A stretch of 64,000 nucleotides of DNA from Lama glama. Its lineage: Eukaryota. Below are positions 39,100 through 53,170 of the stretch, piece after piece; position 1 is the stretch's first letter, and the number at the start of each line of letters is the position of its first letter. The position numbers and the translations under genes are program-made. The notes under the pieces were generated by a model. It worked only from the letters and a program-made list of their open reading frames with translations. It had not been told where the DNA came from and ran no database searches. The stretch covers positions 19,470,001 to 19,534,000 of the forward strand of contig CM052832.1 in assembly GCA_028534125.1 (NCBI GenBank), read 5' to 3'.

Positions 39100-39880
39100 T
39101 GTCTGGATGAGTAAATCTCCTTAATCAATTAAAAAAATTTTCCTTTTCCTGGTTTAATATCAAGTTTCTAGTTGCTTCATAAAATGAGGAGGAAATGTTT
39201 TCTTCCTTTTCTATTCACTAAAAAGTAGATGTGAGTCATCTTTTTCTTGAATATTTGATTACTTATAAAACTGCCTCAGTGTGGTGTTGAGTTTGTATGT
39301 TTAAAGTAGTTTTTTTTAAAAAATTCAGTTTCCTTTAAGGTTGTATGTCTATTCAGGTTTTCTGCTTCTTGAATCAAATTGGCAATTCATATTTATCTAG
39401 AAAATTGTTCATTTCTTTCATGTTTTTGAATTTATTTGCCAAAGTTATTTATAGTATTATTTTAGAACTTTTAAAAACTCTTGTCTAAATGAATTCATGT
39501 TTTCTATTTTTCATTTCTAATATGGTTTATCTGTGTTTTTCTCTTTTTTGTTCAATATTGCCATATATTTGTTTTTATTAATGTTTTGAAAATACTCAAT
39601 TTTTTGATCCTCTGCAATATTTTTCTATTTTATTATTGCTCTCTTTTCTTATCACTAGTATTCCCTTCCTTCTGCTTTCTGTGTGTTTTGTATAACTTCT
39701 TAAGCTGAATGCCTTGCTAGCACATTTTGGCTTTATTCATTCTAACATACGCTTTGGAGGCTGTAAATTTACCAGTATGTATCACATTAGCTATAACCAC
39801 AAGTTTTGATATAAATACTTTTTTTATCATCATTTGGCTTTAAATAGTTTTTTTAATTTTCCCTATTGCTTTGCTAACTT
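39100..39880 (-). mobile_element. Degraded ancient L1 ORF2 fragment
   Basis: T-rich, with tctattcaggttttct and tttatctagaaaattgttcatttc motifs. Confidence 0.6.
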
Positions 39881-39899
39881 CCTGGGTAAGAGGTTATAT

Positions 39900-41030
39900 G
39901 TAGGGGATGCTTTTGGTGCCCCAGCTGGATCCCATTTTACTTGGCCAGGGTACTGGTCCACCAAATGCTAAGAGTGTTGACTTTCTTCAGGGAACTCCCA
40001 TCAGCCAAACATACGCTGGCTTTCCCAAGAGGTTACAGTCTTACGCTGGTAGCTTGCAGTCAATGGCTGACTGACATGAGAGGAAAAAAAAGCCAGCCCT
40101 CTTGTCTAAAGGTAGGACTGACTCTGTGGTGCAATCTGTGGTCCAGAGCTCCCTGTGGCATCAGGCTACTTTTTAGCTGAGATATATCCTTGCTCTCCTT
40201 TCCCCTCTACTCTCTCCTGTTTTTCCCATTCCTGTTATTCTTCTAAGAGCCTTACCTCAATAAGCCATACAAGAATCCCTATCTCAGTTTCTGTATCTAG
40301 AAGACACAACCCCAGACAGGGGTACTATAATAGCATAGGCTAGAAACAGAGTTCTAGAATGGACTTCTGGAGGTGGATAACTCATCAGAGAGACAGCAAT
40401 GGGTACCCCATCCCTGGGGGTTGGTGGAGGCTTGATAGTCTTTGGCATACTATGTCACTTGTGGTAAATGTACGTAGGTGGGAGGGGATGCACTAAATGG
40501 TGCAGTGTCTCTGGGGTTTGAGAGGTTTATGGGGAAATAGTTACCCTAAAGAGGACTATGGAATTAGGTTGCTCTCGCTAAGTGTCCTTTAAACATTGAA
40601 GAAAGAAAATAACAGGTTTAGATCTATGGCTCAAGAATTTAAAGCAGAGTGTGAAATTCAGAGGCCTCACTGGCAGCATTTAAAAGAATTATTTTTTCCT
40701 ACATTCAAAGGCAGATACAGCTGAAGATCAAATGAAGAACTCAAAAAACGCTGAATTCCAGAGGGAGGTTATAGCTCAGTGGTAGAGTGCATGCTCAGCA
40801 TGCATGAGGTCCTGGTCCAATCCCCAGTACTTCCAATAAATAAATAAACAAGCCTGATTACTGCCCCTCCCAACAAAAGAAGAGGAAAAAGTAATAAATT
40901 TCATCCAACATATATATATATATATATTTTTAAAAAGAGGCAGGCTGAATTATCAGCCTAAACAAGTCCCCTGTGGCAATGCCGGATCCTTAATGGGGAA
41001 GAACTGGGACCCCGAGACCTGGTGCAGGAC
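39900..41030 (+). mobile_element. LTR16-like ERVL LTR (~39900-40318) followed by degraded internal gag-like sequence
   Basis: actctgtggtgcaat..ccagagctccctgtggcatcaggct LTR16 motif; downstream gaaagaaaataacagg..ttaaagcagagtgtgaa..cagctgaagatca ERVL-like sequence. Confidence 0.65.
40760..40943 (+). mobile_element. tRNA-derived SINE (vic-1-like) inserted in ERVL internal sequence
   Basis: tatagctcagtggtagagtgcatgctcagcatgcatgaggtcctgg; flanking GCTGAATT repeats at 40750 and 40944. Confidence 0.85.
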
Positions 41031-41328
41031 TAGCTTTGAATTCTTTACCTCATCTGAGACAGTTACACTCTGGGTTAAGAAAACATCTCTGGAGAGATCT
41101 CACATTTCCTGTTGCCACTGCCCTAGAGGTTTCATGGTTCTTCTATGTATATTCTTTTGATTTAGGAGTTCCATCATACTGGGGAAATATAAATTTGAGA
41201 CCTCATGAATGTTGCAAGAATGAATTTTGATTTTACATCGTTTTTTCCCCCCTTGCTATTTCTAGGAATCTGTGAGCAAAATGTTTCTAATTCCTCATTT
41301 ATAACACTAACTGTAGTTTAAGGGATTC

Positions 41329-41680
41329 TGTCTTGGTCTGTTTGGGCTGCTGTAACAAAACATCACAAACTGGGTGGCTGGTAAACACCAGAAATTTCTC
41401 TCTTATGTTTCTGGAGGCTGGAAGTCCAAGGTCACAGTACCAGCATGGTCGGGTTCTGGTGAAGGCCCTTTTCTAGGTTGCTGACCGCTGATGTCTCACT
41501 GTGTTCTCACGTGGTAGAAAGGCGTTAGGGAGCTCTCTGGGGACTCTTATAAGAACACTAATCCATCATGAGGGCACGACCTTGTCACCTCCCAAAGGCC
41601 CCACCTCCTAACACCATTGCCTTGGCCATTAGATTTTCCACCCGTGAATTTGAGGGGACACAAATATTCAGACTATAGCA
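41329..41680. mobile_element. MLT1A-like (MaLR) LTR
   Basis: tgtcttggtctgtttgggctgctgtaacaaaa..tctggaggctggaagtccaag..gaatttgaggggacacaaatattcagactatagca. Confidence 0.88.
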
Positions 41681-43344
41681 GATACCATGTTAGCAGGAGG
41701 CCTCATTTTCTTTTCCATCTCTCTGCCTGGTATGAGCTTAAGGCTCCGACTTCATTTGTGACGTGTTTCGAAAACTATCAAGACCCTGGGCCTCAGACTT
41801 TCTATATAGATCTGATACCTCTGGAATTTATCATAGTAGTGATTGATTCTTACTCTTCTGGTTTATTTTAACAGATAACTATAAAATCTCAAGGTTTAAC
41901 CGACTAGAACATTGTTTCTTATTCATATAAAATCAAGGTGTGTGGGGAGGGGTGGAGAACTGGGGACCACACAATTATTCTAGAAAGCAGGCTGATAGAG
42001 CAATGATACTCGTGAGAGTCATGGTTCTCCAGGTTGCCCAGAGTATTAAGATATCCAGCCAGCAAGTAATAAAAGAGAGAGAAGAGAATTATATGGAAGC
42101 TTCTTAAATACCAGGCCCGGGAGAGACATGCAATTATTTTTGCCCACACACTATTGGCCAGACTCAGTCACATGGCTTGAGCCAGATGAGGATGGGGCTG
42201 GGGAAGGTCAGCCTTAGCTTGACAAATACCTCCCGAATCTGCATAATGAAAGAGGAGCTCACATCTTTGGAGGATTGTGAGACTTTATCTGTCCAGATTC
42301 AGATCTGTTGGATAGCAGTAAGTTCAGAAGTTTTCTTATCTGATGGTGGGTGACCAATATTGCTTAAAAAAATGCCATGTGTTTAAATAAGGATTCTGTA
42401 AGATAGAAAGTGCCAAGGAGTATAAGAGAAATAAAGAGGAAGCTATTCACAAGAAGGAGGGACCATTTCCACTTGAGAAATCAGGTGGAAGAGAAATCTT
42501 TGTGGAAGAAACAGCGTTTGAACTGAGCCTGGATGTATGTATAGAATGTGACCATGCCAGCTCTGGTTAGGTGTTAGACTCCCTTGTAAGACCACTCAAG
42601 TAGCACAGATGCCATGAGCAGGCAAATATGAGTTTGGCTTTTTACAAGCTGCCCTGAGCTAGAGTCTCTCATCTGTAGAGGGCCTAGGACCCAGGGCTTG
42701 CCTCGCTCCTGCTCTCCCTTTTGGGTCACTTCCACTGTCTCTTGTGCTTAAACACGCAGGCTTCAGCATTAGGGAGACCAGGTTTGAGTTTTGTCTTTCA
42801 ACACTTACTGTACAACTGAGGCAAATTTTTCAACCTCTCTGAGCCTCAGTTTTCATACTGATGCAAATGAGAATATAATGATAGCTACCTCGTCGACCTG
42901 GGAGACAAGGTCATAAAGGGAGAACGCATGTGCAGTAGTCAGCACAGAGTGAGCATTCCACAGCTGTTAGATATTAACGATTATTATCTTTCCGACTTGC
43001 CTTTTGGCTTCTTCTTTTGAAACTCTGGCCAACTTTCCCTCACTTCTTTCTGCTTCTTTACTATCTACCTTTGAGCCAGAATTGATTCTTTATTGCTGCT
43101 TTTCCATTATTGACAAAAATACTCTCCAAAGCTCTGATTTTCAGTCTTGCTGTACCTATTATTACCTTGAACTGGTTAGGTGCCCAACTTTTGTCTATTT
43201 CTAAAGCTGCTATATAATCAGACCACTCAAGAAGTCTGTCCTCTTGCTCCCAGTACATCCTCTGCTTGACCAGTGCCTGCTTCACCGACCCCTGCTCACA
43301 AGACTGGCCTTCCTACATACTTGCCCCAGGGCACAGCTAGTGAT

Positions 43345-43676
43345 TGTTCTAATTTTAGATCAGAACACTCCACTATGCTTATCAAAGGGGCGATGAGGGG
43401 CGTGCCTCTCTGCTGGTTTCCCTGGTAACCGATCAGCAACCTGACATCAATTCCCCCTTTAATTGCTAACCTCCTCCTCCCCCTGCCAGCAACATGTCCT
43501 GCCTAACGTCTACTGCACACGGTGGAGAGTTGCCCCAGGACCTTGCTTCAGGTATGTAAGATCCCTCTACCCATTTAAACCATTGATGTCTCTGTCGCTG
43601 ACTCAAAGGGGCTCTTTCTTTGGTCTTGAGGTTGGGCAAGTACAGGCCTTGTAGGCCTGTGGGGTGCAGCCCAACA
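43345..43676 (+). mobile_element. ERV1-type solo LTR (family uncertain)
   Basis: TGTT...AACA termini and a U5-like ctctttctttggtcttgagg..ggggtgcagcccaaca end. No clean TSD seen. Confidence 0.5.
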
Positions 43677-46084
43677 GTTGCTGATGAACTTTCAGATCTC
43701 CCCCATCTTAAGGGGGAGATGGTGTTGACGGGGTTGCTGGTAGGTGAGTTTGTATACGAGTGATCATGGGATGGATCAAACCCACAATACTTGATGTTTT
43801 ATCATCTTGGCATTAGTTTTGGTAAGTTTTCCTTTAATTACTCAGCTGTTTACATGTGAAATTCAGGGATTGCGTCTTTGTATTTACCTAATTACTGTTG
43901 GTCCCAACCTGCGGAGCCCAATCAGAATAGCCACAGATGATCCAGAAGCATATCAGAAAGTTTTTATTGTGTGAATGTGTTTATCAAAGTGTTAGACTTC
44001 CTGTGAAACACTAGTGGGTAACCACACACTGCTGCGACCATCATATTAGGGTGAAATCTGAAAAATTATCTTATGAATCACTAATGAAATGTTTATGTTT
44101 TTTATCATTTTCCATGTGTTTAGTGTATGCAAATACAGATACAGATATAGATATAAATTATGATGTTGCTTGAGGAATTTTCACTTTAATTGTGGAAGGA
44201 TTCATCACAAGGCTAATCCTTTAAGTGCAACATTTCTTGAGCTCCTTGCATTTATAGCACCATGTGTCCAGGCTCTGTGTCCTGGCCCCCTGCTCCTGTA
44301 CATGTAGGTGACCCCAACACAATGAGGGTGTCACCAGGGGGGCCACCTGCTCTCCAACCACAGCATCAGGGCCTTCTTGTGTTTCTGAAAGGCAATTTCC
44401 AGTTAGAAAATAAAACATAATCGTGATGACGATTTGGGCAATTCAGATGAAGTGGAACTGCCCTTCATTCCAGGAGGGGAAAAAGTCCACTGAGATTATT
44501 TCAAGGTCCATGTTCATTAGATTCATTTTCTGAAGAAAATGTCCTAGGAAGAGTGTCTGGTTACTTGCCACGGAAATTGCTTTCCTCTCCTTTGGCTGGA
44601 GACCATCATCCTCAAACTAATTTCCTGTTTAGTGTTCAATATTTGGAAGCAGGAAATTGGCATAATAAATAGGAAGCTTGAGAAGATGGTGGAAATGCGT
44701 TCAGAAAGTGGGTTGCTAAGGAAATCATTTTTGCCTATTTTGGTTTACTTAAAATCCCAGACCTTGTTTGGTGTTTTCTTTCCTCATCCTTACCCCCATC
44801 AATAGCCATTATCAAAAGAAGTTTATTAAGTATCAATCTCTGCTTGGCACTGTGGCCGGGTGATCGGACCCCTGCCACTAGCTGTTTGTAACAACAACAG
44901 CAACAAAGCTGCCCCAGCAAAAATTATAATACTCATTTGATACTTAACTATTGATAAACACTCTTTTCAACAGCTTAGTTGGTTTTTACAAAAATTTAAT
45001 ACAACACCCTTTGAAGAAGATACTATTATGACTGCCATGCTGTTGATGAAATCTGTGAGGCATGAGTTAAATAAGTCTGCTGAAAGTCACCCAACTAGTA
45101 AAAAGAGGTGTCTGGATTCCTGCTGTCTCAGCTCACATTATTAGCCACTATGTTCTACTGCTTCTCATCTAAGCAGAAAACACTAGAAAGCATAGCGCGA
45201 GAGTAAGCACATAGAGACAAACAATGTAAATGTGGATTTATGATTATGCCCCAGAGTTAAGCACGTTTTGCAGGATGGGGGTGAAGAAGAAATTTCGAGA
45301 ATTGTATATTAAAGAGAAGTTCTTCCAAAGAAAAAAAAGAGAGGAGACATTTGCAACTTGATAAAAGAGATAGGGTGAGGCAGGTGGGGTCTCAGCTGAA
45401 GTTGTTTTAGAAATGGACACAGTTCAATGGGATACATGAGTGAGTAAATCAGCTTGACTCGGATGGGCTCAGACAGTTGGTCTCCAGGAAGCGAGGTCAG
45501 CACATCGCAGAGACCCAGCTCCGGGGAACCAGAGTCCTCAGCCCCCTGGCCTAGCGCACTCCCTAGCAAGGAGAGGTGGGGGAAGGTCCTCGCCTGATGT
45601 GGCCTCACGGTGACATATCCGCAGCCGGCTGCATGTCACCAGAGGCAGGTGAGTTTTAATCAAGCACCACACTTGTTTAAGCTTTTGATCCTCGTGTTGG
45701 AGCCACTTGATCCAGTGACGCAAATGCCAGCCTAGGAAATCGACACGGTCAGGTTCTATTCTTGGTCTTTTCTGGGAGAAGTCACCGGCTGGAAGGAGCA
45801 GTCACTCTGAGTAGCTGAAAATAACTAACAAGACATTTTAATGAGTTAATAAATCTTTCTCACTGAACTACATGGAAAGACATGAAACATTCCATGTTAG
45901 CTCCTCACCAGCCTTAATTAAACTTGATGTTGAAAAGGTCAGTGCCCTGTCTGGCGGGTTCCAAATCACTTCAGTCCTGACAGGAGGGGTGACTGCCGAG
46001 GTGTCAGCAAATGTGTGCACGGGCAAATGGGAGGGAGCCTCTTGCCTTCCCTTAAAACAGTGCATTTTATTTTATTTATTATGT

Positions 46085-46305
46085 TTTTGGCAAGGAATGT
46101 GATTTTATTACAGTGCAGTCACTTTCCAATGTTGCATCAGTTTCTGGTGTACAGCATCATGTTTCAGTCATACATGTATGTACATGTATTTGTTTTCATA
46201 TTCTTTTTCATTATAGGTTATTACATGATACTGTGTATAGTTCCCTGTGCTATATAGAAGAAACTTGTTTATCTATTTTATACATAGTAGTTAGTATCTG
46301 CAAAT
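46085..46305 (-). mobile_element. LINE-1 3' UTR fragment
   Basis: gtttctggtgtacagc...atagttccctgtgctata motifs shared with the other L1 tails in the window. Confidence 0.8.
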
Positions 46306-49237
46306 GCCACACCCTAGAGAATAACAACTAGCTTTTACTGAGGGCTAGCTCTGTGTAGGTCACAGCTCCACGTACTTTAGCAGCATTAGCTCATTATTCC
46401 TCAACAGCAACTCTGATGGATGCATGCTGTTATCATTCCTGATAGCAGAGGAAACTGAGGCACAGAGAGATGTAATGATTTGGCCAAAGTTCTTTAGTCT
46501 ACAGAGTGGCAGAGCCAAGATATGATGGAGTCTGACTCTCCAGAACTTCTAGGATCCGCTGCCTCCCTCAATTCAGGGTTGGGCTGCGCTCACAGAGTGA
46601 GAAATGCACAAGCCTCCCCATGGGCTTAGAAGCACTAACACCTTCTGGAAGCTCCAGCAAATGCATTTGAGGATAGGTCAAAGCCTGCAAGGCACTCGGC
46701 TGCATGGGAAACGTGTTTCTGATCAGTGCCATCTGGAGTGGTGGAGGTCAGCAGGAGGCTGGGTTGGTAAGAACAATTTTTGCAGTTTTTTGAACTAAAA
46801 CACTGAGCCTCAGCAAACATTTATTGAGTTTCTACAAGGAACTAGATACTGTGCTAGGTGTTAGGGAGAAATACGAGTAAGACAAAGTATTGACCTAAAG
46901 AAGCTCACAACTGAGCAGCTTTGCCAACTTTATCAAATTTCTAAGAAAATTGAAATAGCTCTCTGGACTGACTTTTTTATGGTAAATTTAGCACATGAGT
47001 TCAGAGGGAGTCTTGCCTTTATTACTTGTACTGGTTTGGACTGAATTCCCACGCAGTGGTAACATAGCTATGTGATGCTTCCTGCCCATTTTTTTTTAAT
47101 GCCCCACAGAAGTGGAGAACTCTGTGATAAAGGACGTGGTTCATCTGGGACATTCTGAATGGAGACCAGATGCATCTACTCTCTCATCCTTTTCAGAAGA
47201 ATCTACGTATAGGGAAGGAGATCTTTGGGTCAGGCCACTTGGGTAGAAATGCTGGTTTGATCACTTTCTGGCTGCATGTTCTTGGATGAATTACTTCCTT
47301 TTTTCTGAGCCTAGAAGTCTTTGTGTGTGAAATGGAGGAAATAATAGCAGCCTTAGAATTCTTTCAAACATGAATTAACTAAAATGCAAAAATGCAAAAG
47401 AATGTTGTTGCATCGCCTGTAACAGAGAGAGCTCTCAGTGAGCATAAGCTGTCTGCTTATTGTCTCGGCATTGTTTCACTTCTGAGTTCTGCCACATCAT
47501 GCAGTCCTCTGAAAGAGACTCTAGCAAAACAAAGATTACACATTCGTCCCTTTTTTCCCCTACAGCAGATAGTCAATTTTGTCCAGGAGCAAGATATGGG
47601 AGTGACAAGTCCAGCATTTCTTGCTGTCATTTTCTATTTCTCAGAGGGCAAAGGAAGTGACAAGACAGCGAGTCCTCTAAGCTGTTCTCTGCTGTCCTCA
47701 AGCTTCTCTGGTCTCATCTGGTGTGATCTTGGCCTTCCTTGGAAAATGTTATCCTGCACCCTTGCTCAGCCTCATTGTCCAGGACGGCCTATTGTACAAC
47801 TCTAAAGGGTGCTGTTCATGTTGGTGGTTGGGGGTGTGCAGCTGGGTTGCCCTGGCATCCTAGATGCTCTCCCCAAGGCTCGTGGGCTGCATCATCTAAA
47901 ATGCACTTAATCCAGTTCTTTCAACGTTTCACGCTCACTCAGCTCTGGGAGTTTGTAGGTGCTGTTGCCTCTGCCTTGAAAGCTCTTGTCTTCCCTTCCC
48001 GTATAGTCCACTGCCCTCGCTCACCTAAAAAGAACAAATTCCTCCCTAGGCTAGGATCGCTCTGGTTATTCGTGTTTCAAGACACCGATCAAATATTATT
48101 ACCTCAGGGAGGCCTTCCCAGAATCTTAATCTAGGTTAAACCCCTTTGTTTAAACACAATCACTTGATGCTCCTTTTGTATAGTATCTAACACAACAGTG
48201 ATTTACTTACAGATGATATAAGGACCACAGGGGCAGGAATTGTGTCTGTCTTGTTTTCACTGTGTGAATAAATACAGTCTGACCTTACCCCTGGCCTCCC
48301 CCAGCCTTTCTCAGAGGCAACCTCTTCTAATATTTCCTGCCTGAAATTCTTGTAGTGTCTTCTCCCATAACTCTAAATAATATGCTTATTTATAATGACT
48401 TATTAACTGAGACAATAATGACTGATTTCCTATCGTGACAGACGAGGCTTTAATTTATGTCCTCCACATCTCATTTTATTTCCTCTCTTCTTTCCAATGT
48501 TTATGTTTCATTTTTAGTTCTTTAGTTGGGTTATCTTTGCAACTGCAAATTATAAATATAGGCCATTATTCTTTTCCATAAACATTAGACAGTTATGCTT
48601 GACTTCTCACTAAATTAGGTGAGGATACTAGTATTCTTGCCACTACCACCTCTTCTCTTTTCCCTGCTGCTTTCAAGGTTTTTTTTAGCGTTACCTTTAT
48701 TCTGACATCATCAGATGGATCTCCTGTGCAGTCTGTTTCATAATTATAATTTAGACTTTTGTCTGTGGCTTGATTCTGAAAGTCGAAAACGAGTCAACAG
48801 CTTGCATTATTTTGGCTTTGTAAAATTTTAAACTTTCTTTTCAGAGTTTCCATTGCTTCTTTTTTCTTCTTGCTAAGAGTGAGTGTATTTTCCATAGACT
48901 AAAAGTTACCTTACCATCTGTTGCATGAAATCACAGCCCTTCTCTTTTCCCAGTCTGGTTTTCATTGTTTTGTAGATGTTCGTTGTCCCCTCTGGAAGCT
49001 TCTTGTGTCCTTTTTATCTTATGTATCCTAAAATTTCACAAAAGTGTGCCTGATTTTTTTTTTTTAATCATTCACATTGCTGAATTGTCAGCAGGCACTT
49101 CCAACCTGAAGATTTCTGTATTCTACAGCCTTGAGAAACTTTCTTCTACTTTTTATTTACAATTTCTTCTTTTGTTTCTTTTTCTCTTTGATTAACTTTC
49201 TATGTCTTTTACCTTTTGTCTCATTAAAAAAATTGTC

Positions 49238-49670
49238 TAATGAAATAATGCCATTTTCAGCAATGTGGATGGACCTAGAGATTATCATATTAAGTGAAGT
49301 AAGCCAGAGAAAGACAAATATCATATGATATCACTTACATGTGGAATCTAAAAAAGAAACACATTTTATTTACAAACCAGAGATAGACTCATGGACCTAT
49401 ATAGAAAGCAAACTGGTTACTGGGGAGAAAGTGGGGGAGGGATAGGTTGGGAGTTTAGGATTAAAAGATACACATGACTCTATATAAAATAGATGAACAA
49501 CAAGGAACTACGGTGTAGCACAGGGAACTGTATTCAAGGACTTGTAATGAGCTATAATGAAAAAGAATCTGAAAAAATATATGTATGCGTATGTATTACT
49601 GTATTGCTTTGCTGTACATATGAAACTAACATTATAAACCAACTATACTTCAACAAAAATAATAATTAAA
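49238..49670 (+). mobile_element. LINE-1 3' fragment
   Basis: NEIMPFSAMWMDLEIIILSEVSQ ORF2 C-terminus, then L1 3' UTR and A-rich tail. Confidence 0.88.
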
Positions 49671-51053
49671 AATCGTAAATGGGGAGGAAGATTTTAGTTT
49701 TTGAAAAATGTCCTCAACTTATTCTTCCATTGATGTGTTATTTTTAAGCCATCTGATGTTTCTTTTCCTAGTACTCTATTTTTATCTTACTGATGCAATT
49801 TCTTCTTGGAGACTAATTAGATTGTTTTTAGAGTTCACCTGTGATTTCTGAAATACCTATGTTTCCTGTGGAGTCTATTCCCGACATAAGTACTCTCACG
49901 GTGGTGGTTGTCCCTCAGATGTCTGGAGATTCTGATTCTACTTTCACGTTTAAGGGTGAAGATCTGGTGGTTTGTTCAGCACTGCTGGAGACAACTTACT
50001 TTGCTCATGACTAGGCAGGTCTAGCTCTTCTGTCAGCCTCTCCCAGGAGTGGGAATTATAACTGGTAGCTCCATGCCAGACAGCATAGTTAGCTGGAGAA
50101 TTCTGCTTTTACAAGTAGTAATGGCCTGCGAGCCATTAGACAAGGCTCCCCTCAACCCAAGTGCTGGATGGAGGAGAGCTTTGCTCAGGGTACCCAAACC
50201 AATACCCTTAGGCTTAGTCCGCTCCAAAAATCCGTTTCTCCCCTGTACACACACACATTAAATATGCAAAAACTTTAGTGCCCCTATTAATCATCTGTTT
50301 TCTGTAGTGCCAGCACAATGCCTGGCTGTAAGTAAAAATGCAATAATTATTTTAAATGACCATAAAATAGCCCATAGCTATTTTACATGTTCACTTCTGA
50401 GGCTTCACCACTCATTAAGATAAGGCTCCCTGTACCCAAGCAGCTAATAGTCTAGCTTCTAATGGGAGAAACAGATATGTAAATAAATCACTATAACAGA
50501 GATAAGTGGAATAGAATGCGTTTGTACAAAATGCTGGCACTTGAGGAAGAGACATAAAGTCTGAACCATGGGGAGAGTTAGAGAGAGAGAGCGCCAGAGA
50601 GAGAGAGAATGAGGAAGAGCTGCAGAGAGAAGGTGACATTTCTGTAGCCTTGAAAGCCAGGCTGCTCAGATTTCAATCCTGCCTCTGCCGGTTACTAGTT
50701 CTCCTTGGACAAATTATCCTCTCTTTGCCTGTTTTCTCCCCTGTGTAATGGGCTTGTGATAATAACCCCCACCTCATGGGGCTTTGTTTAGGATTAAGTG
50801 AATTACCATCCACAGAACGCTTCAATGGTGCCTCCCATTCAGGACATATTAGTCCTTATTCTTACTGCTATTGCTTCTTGGCGTGTCCTGGAACGAAGAG
50901 TTCCACAGGCAGACGAGGGGTGGACGGTTACTGCTGGTCCAATAAGCATGGTGAGTACAGGCACGGTGGCACATGAGTGCAGGTGTGTTCAGGAGGACGG
51001 TGGCTGAGGACAACTTGAGTGCAGGGTTCTGGAGCATGTGCCAGAATGAGACT

Positions 51054-53170
51054 GGAGGAGAGAAGCAAGATGGCGGAGTAGAAGGACGCTTGTAGCTCAC
51101 CCTCTCCCACAAATACACTAAAACTCACATCTACAGACCTACTCAGCCAACCAGTACACCTGCTGAACTCCAACAGAACATCGCCCTCTTCGAAAGACAA
51201 AGACGCCAAAAATCTGGTAGGAGAAAAGGAAAAAAGAAAGACGAAAAAGCAAAATAGTGTGGGACTGATCCCACGGGGAGGGAGTGGCAAAAGAGGACTG
51301 GCCCTTATTCACTGGGTCTCCCCTCTCCAACAGAGAGACCAGCGGGATGGAAGGGGAGCCTCTGAGGCTCAGATCTGCCCCGAGCACCCCTTGACTGACA
51401 AAACTGAGTTAAACGGGCACAAAAGGTCCCCGTGACACCCAGCCCGAGATGCGAGCCAGCAGCTGGGACTGTGATGGGCCGCCTGAGCTGGGCAGAGGAC
51501 TGGGGCGGCTGCACTGAGGCAGCCCCAGGGGACTGCAGGGGGCTGTGTGCCCTGGCTGGGAGGGGATACAGAGCAGAACAACCTCGGTCCCCCATAAACT
51601 GCGAAAAAAGCAAAGCAACACGGCTGGTGTGCCCTGGGGGGAGGGGCGCTGTAGCCCTTGTCTCCCCAGACCTGTGCCGCCATTACTGGCGCATCTCACA
51701 AGAAGAGAGGCAGGGTGCAGCCACAGCCACCATCTCCTCCTGTGCGCAGTGCCCGGGTCGGGGTGGGGCCGAGGCCTGAATCCGCACCCGGGGGCTCCGT
51801 AACCTCCTAGGCAGGACTGAGACTTGTTTACAGCCCGAGGCAGATAGGATCTTTCTGCCCTGGCACCTCAGAGAACTCGCGCTGCCAAGACAAACAAGGA
51901 GCTGAGATTTGGCACAGAGCAGGGGCGGGGCCGTTCCACGGTCTTCCCCAAGCCTGCCTTCAGAGCGCCAATCGGAGGTGGAGTGAACAGCTGCACAGAG
52001 CAGCAGAGCGACCGGTGCCAGGAGAGGGCGGGCAGCCACCCCCTTTCCTGGCAGGAACACAGCACCTGACTGCAGCACCTGACCACGATGCTGGGAGGGG
52101 GCATGATATGCCCACCTACCTCCCCTCTGAGCGCAGCACCTGATTGCAGCATCGGGAGGGGGAGTGACCCACCCACCCACCAGGTAAGAGCTCAGCTCCT
52201 GACCCAGTGTTAGGAGGGGGTGCCATCTGCTAGCCGACTGTCACTGGGAGCAGCACTGATGAGGGCGCCAACAGAGGGCCTCTGGAAACAGCAAGCTGAG
52301 TTTGGGAAACAGGGCGAAGACACAAAGACCTCTCGATAAAATCATTAAGAGCACACAGTCTCCAGGAGAACTAGATAACTGATACTCCTTGAGCCACAGT
52401 GCCAGAGAGATATGAGCAATATGAAGAAGCAGAGGAACCACTCCCAATTAAAAGATCAAGAGAAATCCTCTGAAAGCACGATCAAGGAAATAGACATTGA
52501 TGGCCTACTAGATCAAGACTTCAAAAAAGGAGTGATCAAAGTACTGAAGGAACTAAAAGAAATAGTGCTTAAAGATATAAAATATGTCAAAAATGAAATA
52601 TAAGCTATAAAGAAGAACCAAGTAGAATTAGTAAACTCATTTGCTGAGATGAGAGTTGACCTAAAGGCTGTACAAGCAGGCTAGATAATGCAGAGGAACG
52701 AATAAGTGACCTAGAAGACAGGACAACAGAAAGCACCCAATCAGAACAGCTGAGAGAAAAACAAATACAAAACAATGAAAACAATATAAGGGACCTATGC
52801 GATAATATAAAGCCTGCCAATCTACGCATAATAGGGGTTCCAGAAGGAGAAGAAAGAACAAAGGGGATTGAAAAGGTATTTGAAGAAATTATGACTGAAA
52901 ACTTCCCAAACCTAAAGGAATCAGATATCCAAGGCTCAGAGGGTCCCAAACAGGAAGAACCCAAACACACCCACACCAAGATATATCATAATCAAGATGG
53001 CCAGAGTGAAGGATAAAGAAATGATCCTAAAGGCAGCAAGAGAAAAATAAAGAGTGAGTTATAAGGGAACCCCCATAAGGCTCTCAGCTGATTTCTCTAC
53101 ACAAACACTACAGGCCAGAAGGGAGTGGCAAGATATATTCAAAGTCCTGAATGAAAAAAAGATGCAGCCT
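51054..53170 (+). mobile_element. LINE-1 5' end: CpG-rich 5' UTR plus disabled ORF1, running into the gap
   Basis: YY1 site CAAGATGGCG at 51066-51075. ORF1 from 52412 (MSNMKKQRNHSQLK...; NLRIIGVPEGEE; PIRLSADFS..LQARREW) has a TAA at 52601-52603, further stops and frameshifts. Confidence 0.93.

Noticed and set aside
40763..40835. tRNA-like sequence, also at about 7780, 24540 and 55465
   Set aside because: These are SINE heads with tails and TSDs, not tRNA genes.
47392..48134. 137 aa and 131 aa ORFs
   Set aside because: Overlap MIR/L2 remnants, show no similarity to the missing NRSN1 exon and have no coding signature.
51139..52447. Cluster of overlapping 80-165 aa ORFs
   Set aside because: All lie in the GC-rich L1 5' UTR.
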